From assembly GCA_024280815.1 (NCBI GenBank), contig JAJRPL010000222.1, forward strand, positions 1 to 38,115: a stretch of DNA of 38,115 bases, written 5' to 3'. The DNA comes from Bacteroidota bacterium (GTDB taxonomy: Bacteria; Bacteroidota; Bacteroidia; Flavobacteriales; Flavobacteriaceae). The translations under genes and the position numbers were made by a program. Numbering within the stretch: position 1 is the first letter of the stretch; the number at the start of each line of letters is the position of its first letter. The notes below the pieces were generated by a model. It did not search any database. It was not told the origin of the DNA and was given only the letters and a program-made list of their open reading frames with translations. Of the stretch, positions 37,980-38,115 are shown one piece after another.

Positions 37980-38115
37980 CCCGAAAAATTCACTATAAAA
38001 GTTCAGAATCAGGTGTAAAAGCGTTATTTTTAATGTGTTAAAAACAAAACAACACTTTTTAAACCACCCAATTTTGAGGACTAAAAATACATTATTTTAC
38101 AGAAACAATCAAGCA
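37980..38115 (+). mobile_element. Probable left end of an IS1380-family insertion sequence with transposase start (TTG 38074), truncated by the window
   Basis: CCCGAAAAATTCAC after TTAA resembles IS1380-type termini. The frame from 38074 reads (M)RTKNTLFYRNNQA, which resembles my recollection of Bacteroidota IS1380 transposase N-termini. Only 14 codons are visible. Confidence 0.5.

Overview
AT-rich Bacteroidota DNA, most likely from a Flavobacteriaceae member (TAnnTTTG promoters, SusC/SusD, T9SS C-terminal domains). The first ~2.5 kb is housekeeping: the fabV 5' end, a cyclophilin-FKBP PPIase, aroC and tRNA-Ser(UGA). The next ~35 kb is one polysaccharide utilization locus (PUL) in four blocks: (i) a minus-strand cytoplasmic operon (GntR/HutC regulator, SDR, ROK kinase, SIS protein, FAD oxidoreductase, phosphotriesterase-like hydrolase); (ii) a secreted multimodular GH16; (iii) ECF sigma, FecR, SusC transducer, SusD, VCBS/ASPIC lipoprotein and a second GH16; (iv) an operon with a GH94-like protein, sugar porter, GH29, two S1 sulfatases, a third GH16, a nucleoside-hydrolase-like protein, DeoC, a glucosaminidase-type GH9 and a URO-D/MtaA-like protein. 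Much of the regulation can be read from the DNA: three TTGTATATACA operators each covering a -33 promoter element, a perfect 33-bp inverted repeat bracketing the ECF sigma gene, and a probable antisense sRNA at the susC start. One GH16 appears to have a circularly permuted DNRLRE/CBM96-like module inserted inside its catalytic domain. susC has an in-frame stop and the VCBS gene a homopolymer frameshift. A 174-bp MITE is present, and the window appears to end in an IS1380-like element. Family calls rest on motif recognition only; no searches were run.
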